Assembly: GCA_963662795.1 (NCBI GenBank)
Contig: OY759746.1
Span: 2,112,001-2,176,000, forward strand
Reading direction: 5' to 3'
Length of the DNA: 64,000 nucleotides
From: Spirochaetia bacterium
GTDB taxonomy: Bacteria; Spirochaetota; Spirochaetia; CADAEX01
Made by a program: the position numbers and the translations under genes
The notes under the pieces: generated by a model
Databases searched by the model: none
Seen by the model: only the letters and a program-made list of their open reading frames with translations
What the model was told of the DNA's origin: nothing
Shown here: piece by piece, positions 31,499 to 41,782 of the stretch
How the letters are laid out: each line of letters begins with the position of its first letter
How positions within the stretch are numbered: the first letter of the stretch is position 1

Positions 31499-32143
31499 GT
31501 GATAGATAAGTATGATTCAATTGTTGATTTTAAAGAAAAACTTTCAGATAGAAAATTTTATACAATTTTGGCTGATCCTCCATGGCAATTTCAGAATAGA
31601 ACTGGAAAAATGGCTCCAGAACATAAACGATTAAATAGATATTCGACAATGGATTTACAAGAAATAAAATCTCTTCCAGTTAATGAAATATCTATGGATA
31701 CAGCACATTTATATTTGTGGGTTCCTAATGCTTTAATGCCAAATGGCCTTGAAGTATTACGAGCGTGGGGGTTTGAATATAAATCTAATCTAATCTGGTA
31801 TAAAATTAGAAAGGATGGTGGTCCTGATAGAAGGGGAGTAGGGTTTTATTTTAGAAATGTTACTGAAATGATTCTTTTCGGAGTTAAAGGAAAAAAGGTG
31901 CGAACACTTGATCCAGGAAGAAGCCAAGAAAATATAATTGTCTCACAAAAACGTGAGCATAGCAGAAAACCAGATGAACAATATTCATTAATTGAATCTT
32001 GTAGCCCTGGCCCATATTTAGAATTATTTGCAAGAGGTTCAAGGGAAAATTGGACTTGTTGGGGAAATCAAGCAGAAGAGTATTTTCCAGATTGGAATAC
32101 ATATAGTAACCATTCACAAAATAAAATGATTGTTTATAAATAA
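31499..32143 (+). CDS. MT-A70 family adenine methyltransferase
   Basis: ILADPPW, HLYLWVP, EHSRKP, YLELFAR. Confidence 0.9.
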   Translation: MIDKYDSIVDFKEKLSDRKFYTILADPPWQFQNRTGKMAPEHKRLNRYSTMDLQEIKSLPVNEISMDTAHLYLWVPNALMPNGLEVLRAWGFEYKSNLIWYKIRKDGGPDRRGVGFYFRNVTEMILFGVKGKKVRTLDPGRSQENIIVSQKREHSRKPDEQYSLIESCSPGPYLELFARGSRENWTCWGNQAEEYFPDWNTYSNHSQNKMIVYK

Positions 32144-32241
32144 GTATTTTTATAATTACGGTATAGATAGTTTTAAATATTAGAACTGAGTCCATACCTT
32201 GCCTCCGGCCTATCGGTCTGGACAAGAAAGGGCGGTACTTC

Positions 32242-32392
32242 GGAGAACAGAGGATAATGCGCTTCGCTCCCTTTGGTCGCTTGGGCTTCGCCATAAAGCT
32301 GTACTTTAATCTGGTGTAATCTAAAACAACCAGAAAAACTGTTTATTAAAAATATTATGACAGCTTCATCGCTTATCCTCGGGACGTTATGC
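32242..32392 (+). repeat. Long attC, family A (GAAC core)
   Basis: GAAC 32245 ... GTT 32386. Confidence 0.75.
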
Positions 32393-32645
32393 GAAAGGCT
32401 GGCCGAAGAGGAATAGGCTGGGGGCGGGGGAGAGGAAGACGCCGCCGCACATCGTGTGCGCCGAAGAAAAATTAATAAACTGTGATTTTTATAATCTGTA
32501 AGAGTGTTTGTATAAATTACCATTATAAAAGCAGAAAAAATGAAAATATAATTTTATTTTAGCAGTTCCTTTCGTTTCATTTGATTATGGATTGGTTAAT
32601 AAACAAAAAAAAATAAATCGCATAAAATGTAATATATTCTTGTAA

Positions 32646-32740
32646 ATGAAAATTATTTGGGATAAAGGTGAAAATAAAACTCTTAAGCTTGAAAGATGTA
32701 TTTCTTTCAAGATATTTGCGGATTTGATTCTGGGGCTAGT
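32646..32740 (+). pseudogene. Remnant of BrnT-like toxin; deleted copy of cassette 14704
   Basis: MKIIWDKGENKTLKLER similar to 14963; same cassette leader; rest deleted. Confidence 0.65.
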
Positions 32741-32862
32741 TATAAAGTTAATTTGCAAAATATTAACCTTGGAATATAGCTGATTATGATAATTTTCATC
32801 GTCTCACACTTCCATGTGTTCGACGAAAACCGCCCCAGCCAAGAAGAGCCGGCCATCCCATC

Positions 32863-33016
32863 GCATAACAGCGAATGACCGGTTCCGGCTGTTTCTAAGG
32901 AAACAGCCTCCACCCAAATTGCCGAAATAATACATGTTAAGAATAATGGAATAGAGTATAAACTTTTGGAGTGAAAAACACCATCGGCAACTTCGGTCAT
33001 TCGCGAGACGTTATGC
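32863..33016 (+). repeat. Long attC, family C
   Basis: TAAC 32866 ... GTT 33010. Confidence 0.8.
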
Positions 33017-33065
33017 TCAATACCAGCCGCAAGAAGAAATCGCCCGGACCTCCGGCCGACGGGCG

Positions 33066-33141
33066 AAGAAAACTTGATCTGCTGTATAATATGCTTTATA
33101 CATAAAAATATATAGTTTTCTAGATATTTAATATGTTCTAC
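33066..33141 (+). other. Putative internal attI-like docking site
   Basis: ctgTATAATatgctttatacataaaaatatatagttttctagatatttaatatGTT (33135). Confidence 0.65.
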
Positions 33142-33231
33142 GGACAAAGAGTAGTATTATGCTATATTCTAAAAATATGGAACAGATATCAATCTGGGAG
33201 TATTATGGTCAAGAAAAGGATTTTATAAAGA

Positions 33232-33924
33232 ATGAAATTTGAATTAGAAGAGTATAACAGAAATATTTCTTCTCAAGAAATGATTGATGATCTTCAAAAA
33301 GTTGCAAAAAAGCTTAATAAAAAAAGCGTTACAATCTCTGAATATGAAGAATTCGGAAAATTTCATCCTCATTCAATTCAAAATAGATTTCATTCATGGA
33401 ATAATTCTCTAAAAGAAGCGAATTTAGAAATTAACAGAGAAGTGAATATATCGGATGAAGATCTTTTTAGAAATATTGAAAATGTATGGATTACACTAGG
33501 CCGTCAGCCAAGATATACCGAGATCAAAAAGCCTATTTCACAATTTTCGACGAAACCATATGAAACAAGATTCGGAACATGGAGAAAAGCTCTTGAAGCA
33601 TTTGTTCTATACATAAATTCAGATGAAGAAGCTGAAAATGAAAACCATGATTCTATTTCTAAAGGATCAAAAAATAATTCTGAAACAGTAAAATTCGTTC
33701 ATAAAACTAAACGAGATATCTCAGAAAGATTAAGATTTAAAATATTAATGAGAGATGGTTTTACGTGCAAGAAGTGTGGACGGAGTCCCATGAAAGAAAT
33801 GGGAGTTGAACTTCATGTTGATCATATTATTCCGTGGTCAAAAGGTGGTGAAACCATACCTGAAAATCTAGAAACAAAGTGTAAGGAATGCAATTTGGGA
33901 AAAGGTAATGCATTTAATGTTTAA
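33232..33924 (+). CDS. HNH endonuclease with N-terminal homing-endonuclease-associated repeats
   Basis: RDGFTCKKCG...LHVDHIIPWSKGG...NL...CKECNLGK; two RF(G/H)(T/S)W..AL-type repeats. Confidence 0.88.
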   Translation: MKFELEEYNRNISSQEMIDDLQKVAKKLNKKSVTISEYEEFGKFHPHSIQNRFHSWNNSLKEANLEINREVNISDEDLFRNIENVWITLGRQPRYTEIKKPISQFSTKPYETRFGTWRKALEAFVLYINSDEEAENENHDSISKGSKNNSETVKFVHKTKRDISERLRFKILMRDGFTCKKCGRSPMKEMGVELHVDHIIPWSKGGETIPENLETKCKECNLGKGNAFNV

Positions 33925-33957
33925 TACAATCTTGATTGATAATATGTCGGAATAAAA

Positions 33958-34800
33958 ATGAAATGTCTATTCAGTAATGAGCAAGCAGACACAGAAGAAC
34001 ATATAATTCCTAAATGGTTGCAGAAGAAATATAACTTATACAATCAACTTCTAACAATACCTAATGGCACAAGAATTCCATATACAAAGGTAAAAATCCC
34101 TGTTCGTTCTGAAGACAACTTAATATTTGGAAATATTGAGAAAAATATTTCTGAAGGTAAATACAATATTGATGAAATCTATCTTTGGGGTTTCAAAATA
34201 CATATTGGATTGCTCATGATGGATTCTAAATTGAAAATTAATAGAAAGGATTCTTATTCAGATACAATATTTAATATTGAAGACTTTTCCACTCAACTAG
34301 ATTTATTTCAAAAACTATATTCACATTGGAAGGATGGTAAAACGACTCTTCCAAAATCTATAGGAAGTGTATTCATTCTCAACTCAACATTAGATGAAAA
34401 TCAGTTTGATTTTGTTCATTGTATCAAAACAAATACAATCTTGATCTCTTTCAATAGAATTTGCATCTTAGTGTTTTTATTTGATAATAATGATGCTTTT
34501 AATCATAAGATTGATCGCTCGTGGAATAACGACTTCATTAATAGACCAAATATCTCAAAAGAAGAAAAGTATATTGCCCAGCGAGTATGGGCTTGTGAAA
34601 ATTCTTATCATGCATATAAGAGAATGAGAGATATTCATTTAAAGGAAGTTGATGATACATTGGTCTTACAGCAAACAGAGCCTCATATTAAAGGAGAATA
34701 TTCAAAAGATGAATTCTCTAAAATATGCAAAATGTTTGGGATAGTACTCGAGGAATATAATAATTTTGCCATAAATAGGTACAATGTCTATGTTGAATGA
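33958..34800 (+). CDS. Hypothetical protein with degenerate HNH-like N-terminus
   Basis: CLF...TEEHIIPKW. Confidence 0.55.
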   Translation: MKCLFSNEQADTEEHIIPKWLQKKYNLYNQLLTIPNGTRIPYTKVKIPVRSEDNLIFGNIEKNISEGKYNIDEIYLWGFKIHIGLLMMDSKLKINRKDSYSDTIFNIEDFSTQLDLFQKLYSHWKDGKTTLPKSIGSVFILNSTLDENQFDFVHCIKTNTILISFNRICILVFLFDNNDAFNHKIDRSWNNDFINRPNISKEEKYIAQRVWACENSYHAYKRMRDIHLKEVDDTLVLQQTEPHIKGEYSKDEFSKICKMFGIVLEEYNNFAINRYNVYVE

Positions 34801-34807
34801 TAACGCC

Positions 34808-34924
34808 GTAGAACAAAAAGTTGAACCTGACATTCCCTTTGTCACGCTTTGTGCAGTCGCTACGCTCCTTGGCACAAATCGTGCCAAGCCCTTCGGGCAC
34901 GGGAACGCAGGTCAATTGGGCGTT
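34808..34924 (+). repeat. Short classical attC, interrupted at its GTT by IS1182
   Basis: CCGTAGAAC complements start GTTCTACGG; ttgaacctg/caggtcaa arms. Confidence 0.75.
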
Positions 34925-36680
34925 GAGGCTGTAGATAAAGTGTAAATTTTCAACAATTGCTTTATATCCAGATATTCCCATGATAAAATTCTATCAGACT
35001 GGGAGATTACAAAATGGGTAAATACAAAGAGTATTCTTATGAACAAAAAGTGCTGCTGCCGATAGATTTTTCCGAGCAGGTTCTTCCCGGAACCTTTGAA
35101 CACACACTCAATTTTCTCATTGACCGGGAAATTGATTTAACCATGTTTTATGAAAAACATAAAAATGATGAAAATGGAGCTCCCGCCTACGATCCGGCGA
35201 TCTTACTGAAGATAATTCTTTTTGCTTATTCACGGGGAATTATTTCCAGCAGAAGAATTGCCCGATTATGTCGGGAAAATGTCGTTTGCATGTCCCTCTC
35301 CGCAGATACCCGGCCGCACTTTAGCACCATAGCTGATTTTATTTCTACGATGGATAAAGAAATCGCTCCCCTGTTTACCCGGATTCTCTCGGTCTGTTAC
35401 GCCAATAACGTCATCGATAAAAACATGTTTGCCATCGACGGCTGCAAGATTTCTTCCAATTGCTCAAAGGAATGGAGCGGAACGAAAAAAGAACTGCTAA
35501 AAAAAGCGGGAAAGATAGAGGAATCTATCAAATACCTGTTGGAAAAACATAAACAGGAAGATAAAAGCCGGTATAGTCAAAGTCAGGAAGAGAAAGAAAA
35601 GGCTTCGATAGAGAAACTGAAAGCTAAATCCCAAAAGATCCATGACTGGCTGAACTCAAATGACGATAGAATGGGAAGCCAGGGGAAACCAATAAAAAGC
35701 AATATTACCGACAATGAAAGCGCGAAGATGTCCACCTCCCATGGAGTTATCCAGGGTTATAACGGAATTGCGGCGGTTGATGAAAAGAACCAATTAATCG
35801 TTTGGGCGGAAGCATTTGGCGACAGCAATGAATCCAAACATTTCCCCGAGATTCTGGATGGAATAAAAAACAATTTTAAATCGATTCAGGCATCGGAAGA
35901 TATCTTGAAAGAAACAGTGATTACCGCCGACAGCGGTTTTCATAATGATAATAATATGAAGCTGATTGTGGAAAATAACCTGACAGCCTTTGTCGCGGAC
36001 AACCAGTTTCGAAAGAGGGATGTGAGATTTGCATCAGCCCAGAAACATAAACAAAAACCTGTCACGAATTGGGAACCTGCCAAAGGGAAAAAATATTACT
36101 CAGTAGATGATTTTATCTATGATGAAAATACAAAGAAATTAATGTGCCCAGCTGGTTTCGAAATGAAACTGAAGTGCAGGAACTTTCAAAGCTCTGGCTA
36201 TAGTGGAACATCCTACATAGGGAGAAAGGAAAACTGCTTAACCTGTCCGCTAAGAAAGAAGTGTATACGTAAAGAGAGCACGGAAGTCAGACAGGTGACC
36301 AGGTTTGATAGTAGTCGGGGAAAAGAAAAGGTCTCATTTACAGAACGAATGAGGAGAGTCTTTGACGCGCCTGAAGGTCGGAGTATCTACAGTAAAAGAA
36401 TGGGTACTGTAGAACCGGTGTTTGGAAATATCCGATCGACACTGGGGTTAAATTATTTTACACTGCGAAGTAAGAATAAGGTAAATGTTCAATGGTTGCT
36501 TTTCTGTATTGTGCATAACATTGGAAAAATACAGAGGTATGCGGAAGCATAGGGGAAAATAGAGGATGAAATGAATCAGGGATTACATTTTGACCTCACA
36601 AGACAATCTTATGGACTTTATGATCTTGTAGAATGGGAGAAGTAAATGAAGATTGAAAATCGGGGTTTTTCTACAGCCTC
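34925..36680 (+). mobile_element. IS1182 family IS
   Basis: IR gaggctgtaga / tctacagcctc; GTT duplicated on both sides. Confidence 0.88.
35014..36552 (+). CDS. IS1182 family transposase
   Basis: GAPAYDPAILLK, SSRRIA, AIDGCK, ADSGF, Zn ribbon, VEPVFGNI. Confidence 0.93.
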   Translation: MGKYKEYSYEQKVLLPIDFSEQVLPGTFEHTLNFLIDREIDLTMFYEKHKNDENGAPAYDPAILLKIILFAYSRGIISSRRIARLCRENVVCMSLSADTRPHFSTIADFISTMDKEIAPLFTRILSVCYANNVIDKNMFAIDGCKISSNCSKEWSGTKKELLKKAGKIEESIKYLLEKHKQEDKSRYSQSQEEKEKASIEKLKAKSQKIHDWLNSNDDRMGSQGKPIKSNITDNESAKMSTSHGVIQGYNGIAAVDEKNQLIVWAEAFGDSNESKHFPEILDGIKNNFKSIQASEDILKETVITADSGFHNDNNMKLIVENNLTAFVADNQFRKRDVRFASAQKHKQKPVTNWEPAKGKKYYSVDDFIYDENTKKLMCPAGFEMKLKCRNFQSSGYSGTSYIGRKENCLTCPLRKKCIRKESTEVRQVTRFDSSRGKEKVSFTERMRRVFDAPEGRSIYSKRMGTVEPVFGNIRSTLGLNYFTLRSKNKVNVQWLLFCIVHNIGKIQRYAEA

Positions 36681-36772
36681 GTTATATGGAATCGAGAAAT
36701 GCAATAAGAATTTATTACCATAGAACAATAAAATTTGATATAATGATTTAAAATCTAAATTACAGAGGGCTT

Positions 36773-37087
36773 ATGCTGTATTATAATGAGAATGATTTAA
36801 ATTCAATGATAAAAACTGTAAAAAAGGCTGCTGCTAACAAGTGTAATAGAAAAAGTGTAGAGAACTTCTCTGACAACGAATTAGATAAAATTATTAGTAA
36901 TGATTTAACAATCAAAGAGATTACAGAAGACTTTATTGAAAGTTATAAGAAATGGATGGAATTTCATTTAAAGATTGAAAATGAAAAGAAATGGGGAAAT
37001 CTCAATGAAAAGGAAATTATCGAACTCGGGGAACTAATACAATCAAGAGAAATAAAAAGAGAAAAATTTATCAAAGCACTAGAATAA
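36773..37087 (+). CDS. Hypothetical protein
   Basis: ORF in inner cassette 36681..37753. Confidence 0.6.
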   Translation: MLYYNENDLNSMIKTVKKAAANKCNRKSVENFSDNELDKIISNDLTIKEITEDFIESYKKWMEFHLKIENEKKWGNLNEKEIIELGELIQSREIKREKFIKALE

Positions 37088-37130
37088 AAATATAGATGGA
37101 TAAAATTAAAATAGTAGGTTTATAAAAATA

Positions 37131-37601
37131 ATGGAATATTATCATCTAAATTGGAAAGAATATATTAAAAATGACATCATAGAAAATGGTTCTATGGGTA
37201 ATTTTTTAAAACAATATATTTTAGATAATAATGATTTAACAAATTTAGATAAAACTTGGAGATTGTTTCAAGAACAAACATTTGAACTTATAAGAATAAA
37301 CGAATTTCCCGAAAAGCCAAGTCGATATAGATCTATTTTCTTATTTGAGAGTGAAATAGATGCCTGCGAATTTAAAAAGAAAGATAAAAGAGAAAATGAG
37401 TTTTTATATAAAATAGAAATACTTGATTCAACAAAAATTATACATAGAGCATCTATGGGATTATACGAAAGGGTACCAATGGGTAGACCGGTGTTGCCTG
37501 CTCTTGAAGAGCAAGCTCGTCAATATTGGATGGGAATGAATAATCTTGATCATAAATTCAGATGTGAATTATTAGTCGAATCAAAGATTAAAATATTATA
37601 A
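37131..37601 (+). CDS. DUF2441-like protein (possible ADP-ribosyltransferase fold)
   Basis: YYH, FELIR..EFPEKPSRYRSIFLF, ARQYW.G, ELLVE. Confidence 0.65.
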   Translation: MEYYHLNWKEYIKNDIIENGSMGNFLKQYILDNNDLTNLDKTWRLFQEQTFELIRINEFPEKPSRYRSIFLFESEIDACEFKKKDKRENEFLYKIEILDSTKIIHRASMGLYERVPMGRPVLPALEEQARQYWMGMNNLDHKFRCELLVESKIKIL

Positions 37602-37618
37602 TAATTTTAATAAAATCC

Positions 37619-37757
37619 ATATAACAAGAGATTTGGAGTAGTCAAAACCTTTGGCGCAGTTCTGGCTAAAGACACTCCGCGCTGATCGCGCTACGTTCCA
37701 GAACTGCGCCAAGCCTCGTAGATTCGATCGGTTTCGCTACTCAAATCGTCGTTATAA
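37619..37757 (+). repeat. Classical attC of inner cassette
   Basis: TCCATATAAC complements start GTTATATGGA; gatttggagtag/ctactcaaatc arms; GTT 37751. Confidence 0.8.
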
Positions 37758-37832
37758 GAAAAAATTAAAAAGGGAAGAAAGTCCAGCCTTGGCTCCGCCG
37801 TGCGGCCTGGACAAGAAGCGGCTGGTACTGGA

Positions 37833-37979
37833 GCATAACAGAGGATAAAGCGCTTCGCTCCCTTTGGTCGCTTGGGCTTCGCCACACATCGCAGCTGAAA
37901 ATTAGAATGTTCTTGTATAAACTAGTTTGTTTTATGTATTTAAAAATGCGATGCGTCGCTTATCCTCGGGACGTTATGC
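37833..37979 (+). repeat. Long attC, family A
   Basis: TAAC 37836 ... GTT 37973. Confidence 0.8.
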
Positions 37980-38029
37980 TCAATACCAGCCGCAAGAGGA
38001 AATCGCCCGGACCTCCGGCCGACGGGCGA

Positions 38030-38104
38030 AGAAAATTGAATCTGTTGTATAATGTACTTTATACATAAACATATATAGTTTTCTATTTATTTAATATGTT
38101 ATGT
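38030..38104 (+). other. Putative internal attI-like docking site
   Basis: ttgTATAAT...atatatagttttctatttatttaatatGTT (38098). Confidence 0.65.
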
Positions 38105-38149
38105 TTATAAAGATTCAAATCAACTCATTTAAGTGTATTATTAATAAAT

Positions 38150-39553
38150 ATGATAAACAAAATGGATCAAAAATTTACATTTCAAGATGAAATTATATTA
38201 AAAGGTAAATGGTGGGTTAGCTCAGATAATAAATTACCTGGAACTTTTCAATTTATTCCAGGTCAAAAAAATGAGTTATTATTATCTGGAACTTTGAATG
38301 AAAATGACACAATAATTAGAAATACAATAGATTATGGAAATGGTAAATATAAAATAATTGAACCACTAAATAAAAAATATACAATTTATGGTTTAACAGA
38401 AACTAATCAAAAGATAACTCTTATAAATTGTATATTGACTAAGCAAGATAACTTTTTTGATGATACTAAACTTAAAACTACATATCGGATTCAATACTGT
38501 ATATTTGATGAATATATAAATGATCTCGAAACTCTCAAAATAAAATCTCTTAGTGTATATATGGAAGGGATTTTGCAATTTATTAATAGATACAATGATA
38601 CATTTATTAATCCTAATGAATTGATGGAAGTATTAATTAAAACATACGAAATAAATGACTTTAAAGTATCATTAAAATCTAAACTTTTTAAAACTAATGA
38701 ATTTGAATTAAATAGCACGACTCAAAATGTATACAAAATGAAACCTTATATCGAAGTTACTAGTGTAGAAAACATAAAAAGTTACGATGACATGATTAAT
38801 ATTTTTGATAAATTTAAAGATCTTATAATATTGGGACTAAATAATTCAGTAGAGATAAATTCGATAAATGTAGAATTTGATAATAAAATAATAAATGTCA
38901 TATTCTTACACGAGTACAGATATAAATTAAGAATAAATTATGAAATATTTAAATTATTTGATATTAATGAAGCAATAATTATAAAATGGTTTGAATTATA
39001 TAGTAAAATTCCTAATATAATACAATTACTGAGATCAACAATTCAAAATGAACATGCAAAGCGATTATTTATTGATAATAAATTCTTTAATCTCGCATCA
39101 ATCTTTGAATCTTTACATCACTTTATTTATACCGATAGATTTATAAGAAAAAATGAAAATGAAGATACTATAAAAAAAATTGAATTAATTTATAAAGAAT
39201 TAATGTCTCATAAGAATATGCTTTTTGAATCCTATTTTAAAGTTATCCCAGCTGAAATAAGACAAGATTTTTACTTTCATCCTTTATCGATTACATTTAA
39301 AGACAGATTACTATATTCAATAGATAATTATGTAGATTATTTTAATGATATATCTCCTCTCGAAATGTGTGAAAAAATTAAGAATAAAAGAAATGGAATA
39401 GCTCATGCATTTAATGACATGAAAATGAATGGATTAGAAATCCATAATTTAAATTTAATTTTAAAAAGGCTCATATACTTAGAAATATGTAATTATTTGG
39501 GTATTGATACTAAAATCAATAATATAATAAAACATACATTTAAAACTATATAA
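38150..39553 (+). CDS. ApeA-like HEPN domain protein (putative anti-phage RNase)
   Basis: KGKWW..GTF, IYG.T...KITLINC N-terminal domain; C-terminal RNGIAH. Confidence 0.7.
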   Translation: MINKMDQKFTFQDEIILKGKWWVSSDNKLPGTFQFIPGQKNELLLSGTLNENDTIIRNTIDYGNGKYKIIEPLNKKYTIYGLTETNQKITLINCILTKQDNFFDDTKLKTTYRIQYCIFDEYINDLETLKIKSLSVYMEGILQFINRYNDTFINPNELMEVLIKTYEINDFKVSLKSKLFKTNEFELNSTTQNVYKMKPYIEVTSVENIKSYDDMINIFDKFKDLIILGLNNSVEINSINVEFDNKIINVIFLHEYRYKLRINYEIFKLFDINEAIIIKWFELYSKIPNIIQLLRSTIQNEHAKRLFIDNKFFNLASIFESLHHFIYTDRFIRKNENEDTIKKIELIYKELMSHKNMLFESYFKVIPAEIRQDFYFHPLSITFKDRLLYSIDNYVDYFNDISPLEMCEKIKNKRNGIAHAFNDMKMNGLEIHNLNLILKRLIYLEICNYLGIDTKINNIIKHTFKTI

Positions 39554-39565
39554 GGATCATTTAAA

Positions 39566-39682
39566 ACATAACAAACATTTTAACCGGTCCGGATTTTTAT
39601 TATGCATTTTGCCCGCTTCGTTCAAATGCAATATACACGCCAACACTTCGTGACAATCCAGCAGGTTAAATGGATTTTATAA
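39566..39682 (+). repeat. Degenerate inner attC (R' GTT mutated to TTT)
   Basis: AAACATAAC complements GTTATGTTT; cattttaacc/ggttaaatg arms. Confidence 0.7.
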
Positions 39683-39754
39683 AATAAAAAAAAGAGAAAA
39701 AAGTCCAGCCTTGGCTCCGCCGTGCGGCTTGGACAGAAAGCGGCTGGTACTGGA

Positions 39755-39926
39755 GCATAACAGAGGATAAGGCGCTTCGCTCGGAATACCTCGCTTGGCC
39801 TGCGGCACACATCGTAGGTTTTGAATTACAACTTCTATAAACAACAAGTATTGGAAGAAAAATATTGCAACTTTAAAATAGATATTCTTTGTCTACTCTG
39901 CGTCGCTTATCCTCGGGACGTTATGC
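39755..39926 (+). repeat. Long attC, family A
   Basis: TAAC 39758 ... GTT 39920. Confidence 0.8.
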
Positions 39927-40133
39927 TCAATACCAGCCGCAAGATGCGATCGCCCGGACCTCCGGCCAACGGGCGAGGATATGCGGTAAATTAATATAAC
40001 TTATGTGAACAATCTATCTGGAAAATTTAATAAATGTTCTTTAAATAATTCGTTTAAGAATTGAGAAAATATATTACAAACTAATGTTGTAAAATTGATT
40101 TGACAATGTGCCATAAAAGTGGTACATTAAAGA

Positions 40134-40499
40134 GTGGATAAACAAGATTGTATTGTTTATATAGGACAATGTTTTACTATTGAATGGTATTATGATTCAA
40201 CAGGTTATAGTCAAGCTTTTGAGTATTTTAAATCGACAAGTCAAGCTCAAAAGCGAAAATTCTTTGTCCTGGTAAAGCGAATAGCTGAATTTGGGAAGAT
40301 AATGGATATAACCAAATTCAGAAATGAGGGAGATGAAATATATGCATTCAAACCACAACCAGATCGATATTTATGCTTTTTCATGAAGGGGAAAAAGATA
40401 ATAATAACAAATGGTTTCAGTAAACGAACTGATAAGCTACCAAAGAAGGAAAAAGAAAAAAGTATAAAAGCAATGGAAGATTATAAACAAGGAAGGTAG
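40134..40499 (+). CDS. RelE/HigB (Gp49-like) toxin
   Basis: IYAFKPQPDRYLCFF..KKIIITNGF.K; TTGACA promoter with aatgtgcca/tggtacatt palindrome. Confidence 0.8.
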   Translation: MDKQDCIVYIGQCFTIEWYYDSTGYSQAFEYFKSTSQAQKRKFFVLVKRIAEFGKIMDITKFRNEGDEIYAFKPQPDRYLCFFMKGKKIIITNGFSKRTDKLPKKEKEKSIKAMEDYKQGR

Positions 40500-40503
40500 A
40501 AAA

Positions 40504-40773
40504 ATGGAAACAACTTTTGATAAATATATAAATAATGATCCCAAAGAACGTGAAAAGTTTGATAGGGAATATGCGGATTTTCTTCTTTCTGAATTTGTTC
40601 TCGAAAAAATGGATCAAGAGAATCTTTCTGTCAGAGCATTAGCAAAAAAAGCTGGTGTGTCTCCAACAATAATTCAAAAAATCAGAAGTAAAAATGCAGA
40701 AAAAATTAATTATAGAACTTTTTCAAGTGTACTCAATTCTCTTGGATATAAAATAAATATTGAAAAAATTTGA
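40504..40773 (+). CDS. XRE-HTH antitoxin (HigA-like)
   Basis: LSVRALAKKAGVSPTIIQKIRS. Confidence 0.8.
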   Translation: METTFDKYINNDPKEREKFDREYADFLLSEFVLEKMDQENLSVRALAKKAGVSPTIIQKIRSKNAEKINYRTFSSVLNSLGYKINIEKI

Positions 40774-40932
40774 TCATATTTTCTTCCAACAATAGATTTC
40801 TCCGGAAAGCACTGAAAAACATTTTTTCATTTAAACAGAGATCAATACGAAATAAGGAAATCCTAAAAAAAAGAAAAGAAGTCCAGCCTTGGCGTTGCCG
40901 TGCGGCTTGGACAAGAAGCGGCTGGTACTGGA

Positions 40933-41105
40933 GCATAACAGAGGATAAGGCGCTTCGCTCGGAGTACCTCGCTTGACCTTCGGCACACATCGTAGGGTTT
41001 GAACTACAATTTTTAGGAACAATAAGTTTTTAGAAGAAATAAATTACAACATTGTGTTTTCTACTCTTTGTCTACGATGCGTCGCTTATCCTCGAGACGT
41101 TATGC
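40933..41105 (+). repeat. Long attC, family A
   Basis: TAAC 40936 ... GTT 41099. Confidence 0.8.
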
Positions 41106-41782
41106 TCAATACCAGCCGCAAGATGCGATCGCCCGGACCTCCGGCCAACGGGCGAGGATTTGCAAACCAATTATATATTTGATAAAGTGTTGCTACATAC
41201 AACAACTAGGAGAATAATGGAAAAATTATTACTTTTTATTCCTCAATGGCAAGACTCTGGATTAACCAATGAGCTTTATCATGGTTCGTATGCTCTTAAA
41301 AATTATTCTGAAGAATATGGAAAATGTAATTTTAAAGCAATAGAAGTTGATAGCAAAAAAGAACTTATCAAAGAAAATAATATATTGGGATATTCAATAT
41401 TATTTGATCAACTAGAAAGAGTAAGAGAAACTATTAATGATAATAAACCTTTGAAAATATTTTCTTTAGGTGGAGGCTGTGGAATTGAAGTTCCAATAGT
41501 TTCATATTTATATTCATTATATCCTGATTTAACTCTATTCTGGTTTGATGCTCACGGAGATTTAAATACACCTGAAAGTTCTCCAAGTAAATATTTTCAT
41601 GGAATGCCATTGAGGTTCCTTACCGAAAAAATTGAGAATAAAATTGGTGACGGAATAGATATAATACCGACCAGCCAGGTACATTTAATAGGAGCTAGAG
41701 ATTTAGATGAGCCAGAAAAAATATTTATTGAATCAGAGAGGATAGATGTTATTCGAATAGAAGAAGATTTTATAAGTAAGAT

